Below, in pieces: positions 1 to 11,804 of a stretch of 64,000 bases of DNA. The notes under the pieces were generated by a model, which made no database searches, was not told the DNA's origin, and saw nothing but the letters and a program-made list of their open reading frames with translations. Position 1 is the first letter of the stretch; each line of letters starts with the position of its first letter. Both the position numbers and the translations under genes were made by a program. The DNA is from Lobosporangium transversale (lineage: Eukaryota), in contig NW_019028988.1 in assembly GCF_002105155.1 (NCBI RefSeq), positions 62,001-126,000 of the forward strand, read 5' to 3'.

Positions 1-276
1 CCCGTCTCGCCACGAACATTAGTACCCTAATTGATGATAGTAGAGAGTAAAAAGATATACATTAAGGACTACTTTGGGCTGTATCTGGTGTTCTGCGTGT
101 AAAAAAAAGGAGGTGAGGAGAGTGAGAGATGAGGAGGTCAATTAGCTTACCTCCCACCATCCGTCCTGGTAGAGTTCATCTTTCTGGATGACAATAATGG
201 GCTCGCCAATGTGAAAGGAGATTTCATCTTCGGCCTCGGCCTCGAAGTTGTGAATGGCCCAAACGGTCTCGGGCAT
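1..276 (-). CDS. 5' end of an N-terminal SH3-domain protein (Boi1/Boi2/Pob1-like), continuing beyond the window start
   Basis: Not in the ORF track. Exon 276..151 reads MPETVWAIHNFEAEAEDEISFHIGEPIIVIQKDELYQDGWWE, followed by a GT..AG intron (150..27) and exon 26..1 GTNVRGETG. This fits the SH3 pattern (A-x-x-x-F, E-[IL]-S-F, GWW-x-G, G). Confidence 0.85.
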
Positions 277-1310
277 GATGTATTATTTAGTCGCGTGGTG
301 ATTCGTTACTTGCGTTTTTTTTGTATGTACTTTGGACTGTTTGTTGTTTCTTTCAACAGTACAGAATAGTAGACTGATGAAGAATAATGATAGTAATAAA
401 AAAGAAAGAGAGCAATTGTGGGAGTGTGTTAGCTGTTATTTTGTATACAGTTACAGACCACAATGTGAAAAGAGTAAGAGAGAAAAAGAGCATAGGGAGT
501 GTTTTGTAGGAAAGAAGGGGGGGAGAACGAGAGCGAACACAGACAAAATGGAGCAGAATCAGCTATAAATGTTGTTTCCCAGCAAACATTGTGGTTCTTG
601 TCTTTATCATCATATTTCAATATGCATTTTGCAATCATTAGAAAAGGAGCGAAAAGTCAAAATACGACCACATTCAGAGAAAAAAAGAAAGAAAGAAAGA
701 AAAAGCTAAAGTGGGAGAGAGAGTCAATAAAGACAAATGACAATGTTGAAGACAATGGCAGAGTTGCGAATTTAGAGAGAAATGCGAGGGCGCCAAAAGT
801 GTGAAGAGTTCTATTGCGAGTATCGTGGTCGGACCAACTCCATGCCATCATGCCATGGTATCCCGTGCTTTCCGTTACATGCATTACTCTCGGAGTAAAC
901 AGGCGATTATCTTGCCTGAAGTATTATTTTATAAATCATGATTGATACATGACCCTTTTTTTAATGAATACTGAAATGGCCCGTTATTGAAGCACACCAA
1001 AACGACGTCAATGAAGAAAACAGTAAAGAGAAAAGGGGAGCAAGCAGGAAGGAGATGAAAATAGAGTATGATGAGACCCCGAGGAGGAGAGGGAGGAATG
1101 ACAATGATATATTGGGCTAAGATTGATAAATGTCAATGTACAGATGTACAGAAATATGCAGATGGGTGCAGAAATGTGCAGTGGTCATTTATCAATTAAC
1201 AGCAAGGATTGCCATACTTTCTTAATTAAATAAAAATGAAAAAGTTGTTGTCAAATTTCTCTCTATTGTTGAAGGGAAAGGGGCATCAATTCGTAAAAGT
1301 TGTTTGGTTC

Positions 1311-1353
1311 GGTCGTTTTTGGTCGTTTTTGGTCGTTTTGGTCGTTTTGGTCG
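1311..1353. repeat. short tandem repeat (GGTCGTTTT[T])x4-5
   Basis: ggtcgttttt ggtcgttttt ggtcgtttt ggtcgtttt ggtcg, read directly. Confidence 0.8.
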
Positions 1354-3979
1354 TGAGGATGGTGGCGTGGAATAGCGAGAAGAGGCGTTAATGAAATGGT
1401 ATAATGAAGAAAATAAAAATATACAGAAAATAAATTAAAGTGACACAGCTTGCAGGGCAAGTGCACGGAAAGGGAAAGGAAAAGGGAATGAGGAGGGATG
1501 GAGATGAATGAGGAAAGGAAAGAAGAAAAAAAAAAAAAAAGGAATGAACCAGCCAGAATGATTGAGCAAAGTAATGATGACTGACTCTTTTTTTTTTTTG
1601 TGAAGTGAGCATAAACACACTCTGTAGGCTTAGTATAAAAGGATAACAAAAGAGAGGAGAGCGCGCGGCAATTGTTTGTTTTGACTTGCAGCGATAATTC
1701 GTTTAATGAGCAGCCTTATTCTTTCACCCCCAAATTTGCAATTGCTGCAATTACAGCAAATGAAAGTGTTCCTGAACACTTTTAAATTCAGGAACAACTT
1801 CATTTTATACATGTGCCCCTTAGACCTAAAAAAAAAAAACCAGTCATTGTGTTCTTTTAAATCTCTTAATCTCTCTGACCAAAGGGGCAGGGATTGCAAC
1901 AAGAAAGGAGTATCCACAACGCCCATCTTCATGTATTAATACATGTACATCATGTACACTTGGTCTGGTTATCAAATTGCCCTTATTCAGCCAGGATCAA
2001 TTCTACATTGTTTATAGGCCTAAGCGGATCCTTTCTTTCACTCTTTTTTAACTTTATACCACAAAAATACATAACCGATAGAATTATTACAACATCTTTG
2101 AATCCTGGCTCTCATCCGCAGATGAACACAGGGCTCCTCTTTTTTTTTCTCTTCTAGTGACCCTTAGACTCTGCTTGCTGCATGTATGCTTATTTCCAAG
2201 ACTAAGAAAGGAGTGAGAGTATACTCTGCATGAAGCTATTTCTCTGTTCATGTAAAGTAATGAATCTTTTCACATCACTCTTTTTTTTTTTTTCTGCTCA
2301 CTTTTCAATATTCAGTTTGGAGGTCAGAAATCAACCCATATTTCGTTTTGTATCGAATGCCGCCTTTCTGTAGCCTGGGAGCATCGGTCAAGATGTTTTT
2401 GTTTCCTTACAGGTGTATTCATGTATAGTAGCAAGAAATGTTATCATTCTGGATTAGAGTATAAAAATGCCTGACTAGGTGAAACAATTAGCCATATACA
2501 ACCATGTTGGATTGTTAATGCTTAATAAGAAAAAAAAGCTTAAAGTTTCCTTCATCTGTCGGAAGTAGCAATAATTAATCAAAAAAAACCTTTTAATATG
2601 CCATGTGAAGGCCACATTGATGGATTCTACACTATAGTATAATGAGCTGCTCTTCCTTATAAAACAGAGAATACATTCATTTCTAATAGTCTTTTCTTTT
2701 TCACTACATGTACTTCTATCCTCTCTTATTAGAATACGTATTGATGTTGTTAGAAATACAGACATTCATAACGGCCTGCGATGGACCATCCTTCCAAGAC
2801 TCACCTAACCCTGTTTCAGTTTTTAGTTTACATGTACTGCTGCTGGAGCCAAGGTGTCGCATAGTCTTGTATTTATGTCTGTTTTTTTATTTTTGAGAAA
2901 ATTCGCTCAAGAAACCCGTGCGGCATACGGCATGGAGTTTCATCTTTTTTTTTTTTTTTTTCTTCAAGACCCTGTCCTCTTCTTAGCATGTTTGTCAACT
3001 GCAAAAAGAGCTTTCCTTTTTTTTTTTTTTTTTTTTTTTTTTTGTTTTTTTTTTGTTTTTAGTCCTTAATAGTCAACTGATAAGCCAATAGATCAAATAC
3101 TTTTTTTTTTTTTTGCTCATTAGTTTTAATGTTCAACTTTATAAACCGTACACATTGTACAAATTAAATGCAATGTCGCACGAGAGAAACTATGTAACGA
3201 ACCATGCGATAGAAAAGTATACATGTTTACAGCTGTCCGAAACTACCAGTAGAATATTCGATAGCAGGTCTACATTCTCACAATCGCCTCAAGAAAAGTA
3301 AGGGGAATTCAAAGCTGGAGTTGTTCCACTTTTTTTTTTTTTTTTTTTTTTTTTTTTAGCCGCACGAGCAAAGTATCTACTGACATTTCAGCAAATATAC
3401 TTCGCATCTGAAGTTTTCAGATATGAATTTACGTTATCAGCTTTTTTATTCTTTATTTTTAAATCAAAACATCGCTGACAGCATTTTGTCGCTCCTCTCC
3501 TTGTACAATAAATAATGCCATTACCGGACAACTATCCATATACTATTTACAACTATTACCAAAGACCCTTATTTCCGTTACCAAGAAAATAAAGCTTGCA
3601 AAGAAAAACACGTATATATATAATTTATATTACTAGATACATCAATTTATTAATGTTGATTCGCGGCCCTACCAAACAAAGCCCAAACTCCAGAAAAAAA
3701 AAGAAAAAGAAAAAGAAAAAAAAAGAAAAAGAAAAAGAAAAAGAAAAAAAAAGATAAGGAAAAAAAGAAAAAGAAAAAAAAAAAGATTCTTTTTTTGTCT
3801 TGAAAGTCTCAGTAACCATTAAAGTGCTTGCTCTGCAAAGGTCAGTTCAATTACGATAGGATATATTGAGAACTTGTAGCTTGTTTCCTACAACAATAGA
3901 TACATATTTCTATATATACAACATCCTGACAAGGACGGACAATCATGTCGAATCTCATTACATTGCTCAGATTACTACC

Positions 3980-3986
3980 TATAAAA
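3980..3986 (+). promoter_or_regulatory. candidate TATA box upstream of the MLKL-like gene
   Basis: TATAAAA about 370 nt upstream of the ATG at 4351. Confidence 0.3.
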
Positions 3987-4350
3987 ATAAGGCTGCTTGT
4001 TCCTCGGAGCATAAGCCATCGTCTGAGCAGTGGCAGTGCCACTGGGTTGACTGGATATGCGACATGCATAGACGCGCCGCGTTAATGTTTTTACTTTGGT
4101 ACTAAATCGAATTATTTATTGCTCTCACTTTTTTTTTTATTATTATTATAAACTTTCCGACCTCGCCCCACTTCCTCTTCATTTCTCTCTTCTATTCATT
4201 TACAGCTTCATCAAGGCATATTGTCTCCTATCTCTACTCATTACTTCAACCTTTGTTCGATTGCCAAAGACAAGTTACAAAGGAGAACAAGGATAGACCT
4301 AGCTCGAGTTACTTTTTTAAAAGCACAAAAGCATCAAGATCTACTGCGAC

Positions 4351-7300
4351 ATGACCGGGATGTCTCCAAAACCTACCGTGGCTGATGCTGCTAGCATCAA
4401 TAATACAACTAATACTAATGCCACTTACGCAGAGGGACTCAACGAGATCCGGGATCGTATGATGACTGTAGAAAGCCAGCAGAACCAGCCAGCCAGTACC
4501 ACAGCCCGAGGATTGGATACTGCTGGCAACCGTATGTTCGCAGCTGGTAATAAAGTCATGGAGGTTCATGAAATGGGTGCGCTCGGTTTATCGACGGTTA
4601 AGAGGGTCTTGGGTGATAATGCCAAGCCAGTTCTCAATAGCATGATTCAGTTGGCAGACAAGATTGTCGATGTCGGAAAAGTGGTGCCAATCGTAGCCCC
4701 GGTCTTTGTCATCTTGAAGGTTAGTTAATGACTTGAAAAAAGGCTTTTATGGGTACTTGAGCTACTCTGTATGTGACACCGTTTCCTCACCACTAATTTA
4801 ATACATCTGCCCAAAATATGAAATAAAAATAAAAATATTAGATTATAATTGATGCCGAGCAAAAGGCGCGTGATACCGATGAAAAATGTCAGGATTTGAT
4901 GGAGCGTATCAATTTCATGGTTAGTCATCTACTTGTTTTGGAACGCATTGAAGTCATGGATATACTCCGGACAGTCATGCAACGAGTTCAGGATGTGCTC
5001 AAGGATGCCGCGGCCTTGATTGAAGCCTACAGGAAGCAAGGCAGGGTTGCCCGGCGGTTGAAGATGTCTAATACCCAAAACTTTGAGAGCATGGCCGAAC
5101 GTATCTCTAGCTGCTCCTCTGATTTGATGATGAGTCTGCAGATCCAGCAGACGGGCGACCTTTCCGTCCTGAGGAGAGCGGTCCCTAGGGACCTAGTCGC
5201 CGAGAATTTCATTAAAGACCATGGAGGACAAGAAGCCATTAATGTGAGTGCTTTCCCTATTTGTATTCATGAGGAGAAAGGATATGGTGACGAATACTGA
5301 AGATTTTTATTTTTATTATATTAGAACAATCCTACACTTGTCAAAGAGTTTGCAGAAAAAATGCATTTGGCTATGTCAGACCAAGTTATGACTCAGATGA
5401 GATCTAATTTGCAGGAAGTGATGGCTCAGAACCAGCGTCAGATCGAAGAGTTGATTCGCCAGTCCTCTAGCACTAACGTCGCAGATACCATCAAAACTAT
5501 TGCAAATCAGCAGCGAGAATGGGAATCTGAGCGGAAGCTAACTTGTGTGCAATGCAATCAAGATTACAAAATTTCTGCTAACGGTCCCCAAGCATGCGGT
5601 TTCCACTCTGCGGTCGCCAACTATGACCGATACCGTTGCTGCAACCGGACGTCGCCATGTAAGATAGGGTATCATCAGCCAGAACACCATTCTAAATACC
5701 CTTACAGTAATTTTTATCCTTGGTCCTACGGTTTGCTCGGTTATTCGGATACTGTTGACTACTGGGCTAAGCTTATTGAAATCGACTTGGAGGAGGATGA
5801 CAGTACGCAGAAGGTCCGTGTAGGAAAGCTGCTTCGGTGGAAGACTTGGGGTGAGCTTATCCCGATCCCTCTAATGCTTGTCAACATTGGCCACGTCAGG
5901 GATGATCTTCTGCATTATCTTGAAATCCTTGATGCAGCTGGAATAGAGGATGAACGGAAGAGAGTGCTAAGAACCGGTAACACACGTATTTTCAAGAATG
6001 CTCCTGAAGGCGAGACAGAGGCTTATTCAATGGGTGAATGGATTCTGGATCAAGGGACGCAACAAATCACAGGCATGAAACTGACTGTCAAGGTCAAGAG
6101 TAGTAAGGAGCCAACAGTATGTATCTTACCAATCGACCCCAAGGAAGTCAGTATGGCGCCTGGAAAATCCCTCGAATACCTATCTAAGGGAGAATGGCAG
6201 GTTTACAAACCCGAGACGCCCTACGTGTTCCCAAAGACGCTTCAACTAGGCCCAGTTCTGCGGGAGACGCGCCTAAGGGAACCTAGGACATTCAAGACCA
6301 AAGCGCCACACGGCTATCCCGTTATTTTGAGCGCTCCTTCAGAGATGGTGGCTAACAATAACCAATTGGTTTCACGGCGGGATATTGATCGCTTCCTGGG
6401 GCACTGGCGCGCGCTCAATACTGCACCTCTATCGACTCAGAACCAAATTATCTTTTTGTCAGCAAAAGCCGAATTCCGCCTTGTGGGTGAGAAGGAATAC
6501 AAACCCGTCAAATACTTCGGATTACGGCTGAATGCTAAGTTTCCACTTTCTGTGGCGCCGTCACAAGCGATCGACATCCCATTTGAGTTTACTGTTGACA
6601 AGCCGGAAAAGGTCAGAGAGGACAGAGACCACCTGGTCGCAATCAATTTTGCGCATTTGACTATTCATCATCCACTCCGCGTTCGGATCACTTTAACGGA
6701 TATTGGAGGGCAGAGTATTTCACTTGTGCAAGAGTACGTTCACCTTGTCATGGGTATCACGCCTCGCAAAGAAAACGATATTGGTTACTTTTTTGTTGAT
6801 GATATCGATATTAGTCAACGGACTCTTGTCACAATCACCAAGTCGCCTTCCCCTGACTACTTTCTTTCTATCTGTGCCAATCGAGAAGCTCCCATCAAAC
6901 TGACTGTGACAGACCTTCACAAGATTGTATATAAGGCGCAACAGACGGGCGTCACTCAAGTTGATATGAAGTTGGGCCAGCATAACCTAGGAATTAACTG
7001 GACGATATGGGCTCTTGTGGACTTGAACTGTAGACGGGTATACGGGTTTAAGGTTCTGGTGTACCATGGCAAGAAGACTCCTGTTAAAACTTCGGCTTGT
7101 CTAGGATACGCGCCATGCCCACTCTATTGCGAAGATGATATGGAGACACGTCCGATCCAGTATGCCGAGGAGTCCAAGATTGTGCCTCAAGTTACTCATC
7201 GTGATAATGTAGTTGTAGTCGAGGATGATCCATACGATGACGATGTCCCTCCAGCCCCAGCCCCAATTCCAGCTCCAGCTCCAGCTCCAACTCCAGTCCC

Positions 7301-7802
7301 AGTTCCGGCCTCAACTCCTCTCTCAAGTTTCGCACCAGTTCATATTCCTGCTCTTGAGCCTATTATAGCTTCTGTCCCTCCACCCGCTGCAGCTACCGCG
7401 CCTTCCCTGTCTACTCCGTCCATTGTTGCACCGATGACTCCAATCCCAGAAGCAATATCATCTGGTGCGCCAGTGCCTGGAATGACCTCTATCCAGATTG
7501 CCACTGCCCCTTCTATTGATGCTCTCCAAGCCAAAGTTGCTGCTCTTGAGGCCCGCCTAGAAGCCGCCGAACGCCATGATGCGCTTATGACTAAGATCCT
7601 GGCGCTAGAAAAGCGATTGGATGCAGCTGCAGCTGCACCAGCAACGCCTTCCGAGCCCGACAGAGTCTCAGTACTAGAGAATAGATTAGCTTCTATGGAC
7701 CAGAAGCTGGATTCTATGAATATTAATTTGAGATTGTTGGATGGTAATGCATCCAGGTTAGCCATGTCGCTTGAAAAGATTGCTAACCTCCTGTCAAGTT
7801 AA
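4351..7802 (+). CDS. 1082-aa protein: MLKL-NTD-like four-helix bundle, CHORD-like Cys/His Zn motif, uncharacterised beta-rich core, Pro-rich linker, C-terminal coiled coil
   Basis: Exons 4351-4719, 4842-5243 and 5325-7802 join in frame through GT..AG introns. The segment VVPIVAPVFVILKIIIDAEQKARDTDEKCQDLMERI...LKDAAALIEAYRKQGRVARRL...FESMAERISSCSSDLMMSLQI resembles MLKL-NTD-type bundles. Zn motif CVQC-x13-CGFH-x10-CC-x5-C-x4-H. The gene model is firm; the domain names are inference. Confidence 0.8.
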
Positions 7803-8703
7803 AATGCGGATGACAAATAGATAAAAGAGAGGCAGTGATCAATGCAGCAAATACTTTTCGGCTACCAAACATAGTTCGCCAAGGATGCCTTTGAATGCTA
7901 AACCATACATCACTGCTCTTAATCAGTAGTGGTTTATTCAGATATAAGTAAGAGAGGGCTACAATGATGTCGAATAAAATTGTTAGACAGATGTTATAAC
8001 CATCCCCTCCAGTAGGTAGCATCCAAAAATTTAGACATTTTGTCAAGATGCACTTAGAGGGATCGGAGCGAGTCTATTTCAGCCTATGAATTGACAATGT
8101 AAGGCATGCTTCAATGACATCAGCAGTACTTTGAGGAGTGTTTGGAGTAGCGAGTGCGGTCAAGGACTTAAAGGATTTTGTAAATAACAAGGCCTACAAC
8201 TAATTTATGGCAGATCAGACTGCCTAATCAGCGTAAGTGAATCGGATGAAATTTTACTATGGTCGAACAAGAATTGGAGGCAGTTAACTAAAGGAAGCTG
8301 GAAATCAACATTCCAAACTTTCAAATATAAACCGAAACTTTATTCCAGGGCAAGGGGCACCCGTCTATTTTTGTTGCCATGAGAGATGTTACTCCATTCT
8401 CTTGCTGCATGCTCAAAACCGACTGGGTGGAGAGAAATAGCTGAATGAACATAGCAATTGTAATAATGAACAGCATACACAATTTTGGGACCCAATATCA
8501 TTGCTTCTGGTGTCAATACGATCATTAAATGACAATCGAGCCATTTTGTCAATTGTATTGGTACTCTCTAGTAGTGTTGTATCTGTAGGCAACCTATATA
8601 ATTAGTGTTTTGTATGCTTTCCTTTGACTTTGTAGGCTGCCTGGTGCCCCTTTGACACGCTCTCAATCAGTTTATGACAGGCCTCTGATAGAATCGCGTA
8701 CAA

Positions 8704-8832
8704 GGTTGAGTGAAGTCAACAGAAAGCTCCTGGAGCAGCAAGGAACTATAAGCGAGCAGTGTCTTCCTTTGGTCACACATGAGGTGCCTACGCCCATTGT
8801 AGCAAAGCTACCGACGCCCTACGTGGCCAAAG
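8704..8832 (+). pseudogene. relic copy 1 of an NLR-type (NACHT-)WD40 protein C-terminus; 129-bp duplicate of 9796-9924
   Basis: Translates LSEVNRKLLEQQGTISEQ. Ungapped match to 9796-9924 with 17/129 mismatches by manual count (~87% identity). Confidence 0.6.
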
Positions 8833-9572
8833 TTCAAAGGACTAGACAATATTCGAGATCTTATCGGGAATAGCTCCTCTATGATATACCTGGAAGATAT
8901 CCAATTAGACATAGTGAAGAAGGAAGAGCGTGCAGGTCGAAGAAGCCACCCCGCTGTTATTTTACCCAAGAACAGGGTAGTGTCTCTGGTATCGAGGCCA
9001 CCGTCATATTATCCTAAGCATATTACCAACCGCCTTGGGTGCTTACCACGACATAGACCCAAAAGTAGGATAAAGTTCTACATGGATGACTTAAGGAAAA
9101 TGACACAAGTCCTGTCATATCTTCATTGTTTAGATACCAGCCTTCCCTTATATACCACACGTCTACAAAGGCTCTTCCTGCTCTATATCAGCCCAAAGGC
9201 TGCTTTAGCATAAAGAGTTCATTCTTCAATGAAGCGAGAAGTGACTTAATTCTTTTGGCCACCCTGGTTAGTGTTATCAGCGTCGCCACTTTACAAACCT
9301 TTTCCCCTTCAAACCATGCAAAAGCAATAAAACAACCACACTTGGTATGGAAACACGACTGAATAGGCTCTTAAGGGGATCAACAATGGTGATTGGGTTA
9401 TGTTGTATCTATCTCTAATTGGCTGTTGCCAATGTTACCTTTCCCTTCCACATTTACTTTTATTCCTACAAAATTTGGCCTCGGTATGGTTGTAGAGGTA
9501 GTGTAGTGCAGACATGTGCGAACTACACAGGAACACTGTCCTTTTATGCGGCACAATCACATCCCTTTGTTA

Positions 9573-9995
9573 GGGAGATGTTGATCATATAGCACTGCTT
9601 TTGTGGGCGGATATGTCCATATACTTGTATGGAGTGCCTCTGAGGAAAGCTACTTCCTGGCCACAGGGTCCCTAGATGCTTCTTTTCGGATGTTGCAGGT
9701 TGTGAATAAGGACGATCAATATCGGCATCGCTTGAAGTGAGGCACTAGACAAACGGTCATTAACGCTAGTAACGTCTGTATTCAAGATGAAAGTGGGTTG
9801 AGTGAAGTCAACAGAAAGCTCCCGGAGCAGAGAGTGGCTATAAGCGAGCAATGTCTTCCTTTGGCCGCACATGAGGTGTCTAAGCCCATTGTAGCAACGC
9901 CACCAGTGCCCTACGTGACCAAAGAACCCCTAAGCAGACCACCACTAAGACCCATCATTATAGACAGGTTCAAAGACAATGAGTTGGAGGAATAG
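9573..9995 (+). pseudogene. relic copy 2: last WD40 repeat plus C-terminal cap of a Mortierellaceae-type NACHT/WD40 NLR-like gene
   Basis: One frame reads GRC*SYSTAFVGGYVHILVWSASEESYFLATGSLDASFRMLQVVNKDDQYRHRLK*GTRQTVINASNVCIQDESGLSEVNRKLPEQRVAISEQ. It has a WD-repeat core (LATGS-D-S-R) and a 'GLS-x-x-N-x-x-LL-x-QRGA'-type cap. In-frame TGA at 9582 and at 9738, where Trp is expected. Confidence 0.7.
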
Positions 9996-11307
9996 TATGC
10001 CAGGCGGATCGATCAAAGAATACCGCTTTAAATGCAATGTGTGCAGCGAATGCACTTTTGCACGTGTCATTTCTTGCAGAGCTGCGACTAGGGAGAACAA
10101 CAAGTAGCATGCGATTGAGAGCATCAAGTTAAAGACTAAAGCGGGAGGTGTTAGTTAGTTAGTTGCCATAAACAAGAGAATAATGTGCCATGTCCTTGTA
10201 TAAGCTAGTACGCGTCAAGAGCAGTAGTGTACACATTAATTATCAGCCTCTGCTTTTATTCAATATCTCCGTGCAACTCTGCATGGCGTCTACACGTAGA
10301 AGGTATTCTTATATATTCCTCTGGATAAGGCTACATTCTGCTCACACAGTATATACAACAGCTCAGATATGCCTCGTAATATGGATCCACATCCGTAGTT
10401 CAGCTGATTGATCGGGATGAACCTCCATTCGATTAAGTTGTAAGCCACCATCTTTGGCATACATTTCGTTCCTTCCAGGCTTGATTTAAAAATCGCCGTT
10501 GTGCTTTTTCAGCGTCCCTTCAGTAAACAGACTTCTGATGCGTATGCTTTAGAGGATAACAAAAAAAAAGCTCAGACTTTGTTTTATCGAGAGGAGCCGT
10601 TCCTGAGGATGATGGTGGATATCAAAGCTTTTTTGATTTTTTGTGCGTGTTATCGTTCTGTTAAATTATTAGTTGCGATGTTTAGATGATTGCCTCTTTC
10701 TGCTCCACAAAGTCACGCATCCTGTATGATATTTACTTTCCATTGGCTTTTGCTCACGAATGGCCAGGCTGGATTTGAATGGTCGCCAATAAGAGCAATC
10801 GTCATTTTTTTCTTAATCTAAGACAGGTTTGTCTATTCCAGCCAGAGAGTGAATAAGGTAACGCAATTTAAAATAAAAGAGGACATGAAACGCTTTCGTA
10901 TACATTTATCTTACCAGAGAGTAAAGATAGGACGAGAGGCCTTCTGCTATCCAGCACGTACCAATCTTGGATGCTTCGACCCCATGCTTAGGGATTTTGA
11001 CATTCTATAGGCTAGTATGCTCCACTTTTAGTCCCTGGTCCGGATCCTGTAACTTCTCGGTCAACATTGCTATTGCCATTCTGACTTATGCTGTCACACA
11101 TTGGCTGCTATTGGCTCATCATCGTCATCCGTTCGTTAGTGAGCCACAAAGGGGTGAGTTATTATTGATGTGAGCTTACATTAAGATCGATTGGTAGTAG
11201 TTATTATTCCCATGAATGATAGTCAGTGGTAATCATTATTCTCATGAAATGATGCTAATGAAAAATAGATCAACACAGGAACCTCGTTCGCTTACCTTAT
11301 CGTCTAT

Positions 11308-11314
11308 TATAAAA
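11308..11314 (+). promoter_or_regulatory. candidate TATA box
   Basis: TATAAAA 140 nt upstream of ATG 11448, followed by a CT-rich tract. Confidence 0.45.
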
Positions 11315-11447
11315 TCCCTTGCAATTGTTTCTTCAGTATCATTTTATCCATTATCTTTTTCTCTTTCTCTTTCTCTTCCTTTCTTTCTACTCCTTCTCTG
11401 CCTCTCAAGGAACCTTCGACATCCATCAAAAGTCATAAAAAGATCTC

Positions 11448-11804
11448 ATGAAGCTCTATTCTGCAATCGCTCTTGTAGCTCTTACAAGTCTGGCCTTGAC
11501 TTCTAAATCTGCACAGTCTGCTCCCCTGAACAGTTGCATGACGTGTCTCCAGAGCTCTCTCTCATCTTTATCTGACTGCAAGGGTCTTGATATCCAAATC
11601 GGTAACTTGAATCCTGGCAACAACCCTTCGGCTTTCGCAACCTGCCTCTGCTCTTCCTTGGATGCAGCCTGGGTCGATGCCTGCACTGGTGCAGAGCACT
11701 GTGATCAAGATATCCTGTCATTCAAGAACACATATAGCGAAAACATTCAAGCGGCAGGATTGTCTTGCCAACCCACACCGGTCTTTTTACCTGCAAAATT
11801 TTAA
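11448..11804 (+). CDS. small secreted 8-Cys CFEM-like protein, no GPI tail (array member 1)
   Basis: Signal peptide MKLYSAIALVALTSLAL. CMTC-x10-C-x21-CLC-x6-W-x3-C-x5-C-x21-C. The protein ends shortly after Cys8. Confidence 0.85.
   Translation: MKLYSAIALVALTSLALTSKSAQSAPLNSCMTCLQSSLSSLSDCKGLDIQIGNLNPGNNPSAFATCLCSSLDAAWVDACTGAEHCDQDILSFKNTYSENIQAAGLSCQPTPVFLPAKF

Noticed and set aside
332..4296. many short ORFs rich in F or K
   Set aside because: They derive from poly-T/poly-A and purine-rich promoter/UTR DNA; no coherent protein or splice pattern.
4351..4620. search for an amyloid signalling motif (HET-s/PP/sigma-like) linking the MLKL-like gene to an NLR
   Set aside because: No convincing N/Q/G pseudo-repeat motif at either terminus, so amyloid-based coupling is not supported.
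9075..9095. 'FYMDDL' in ORF 8881-9213, resembling a reverse-transcriptase YxDD motif
   Set aside because: No other RT motifs, and no gag, integrase or LTR context; a 4-residue match is expected by chance.
8704..9924. 129-bp direct repeat read as LTRs of a retroelement or as a CRISPR-like repeat
   Set aside because: No TG...CA ends, PBS or PPT, and only two copies. The repeat is in frame with an upstream WD40-like relic, so a gene remnant explains it better.
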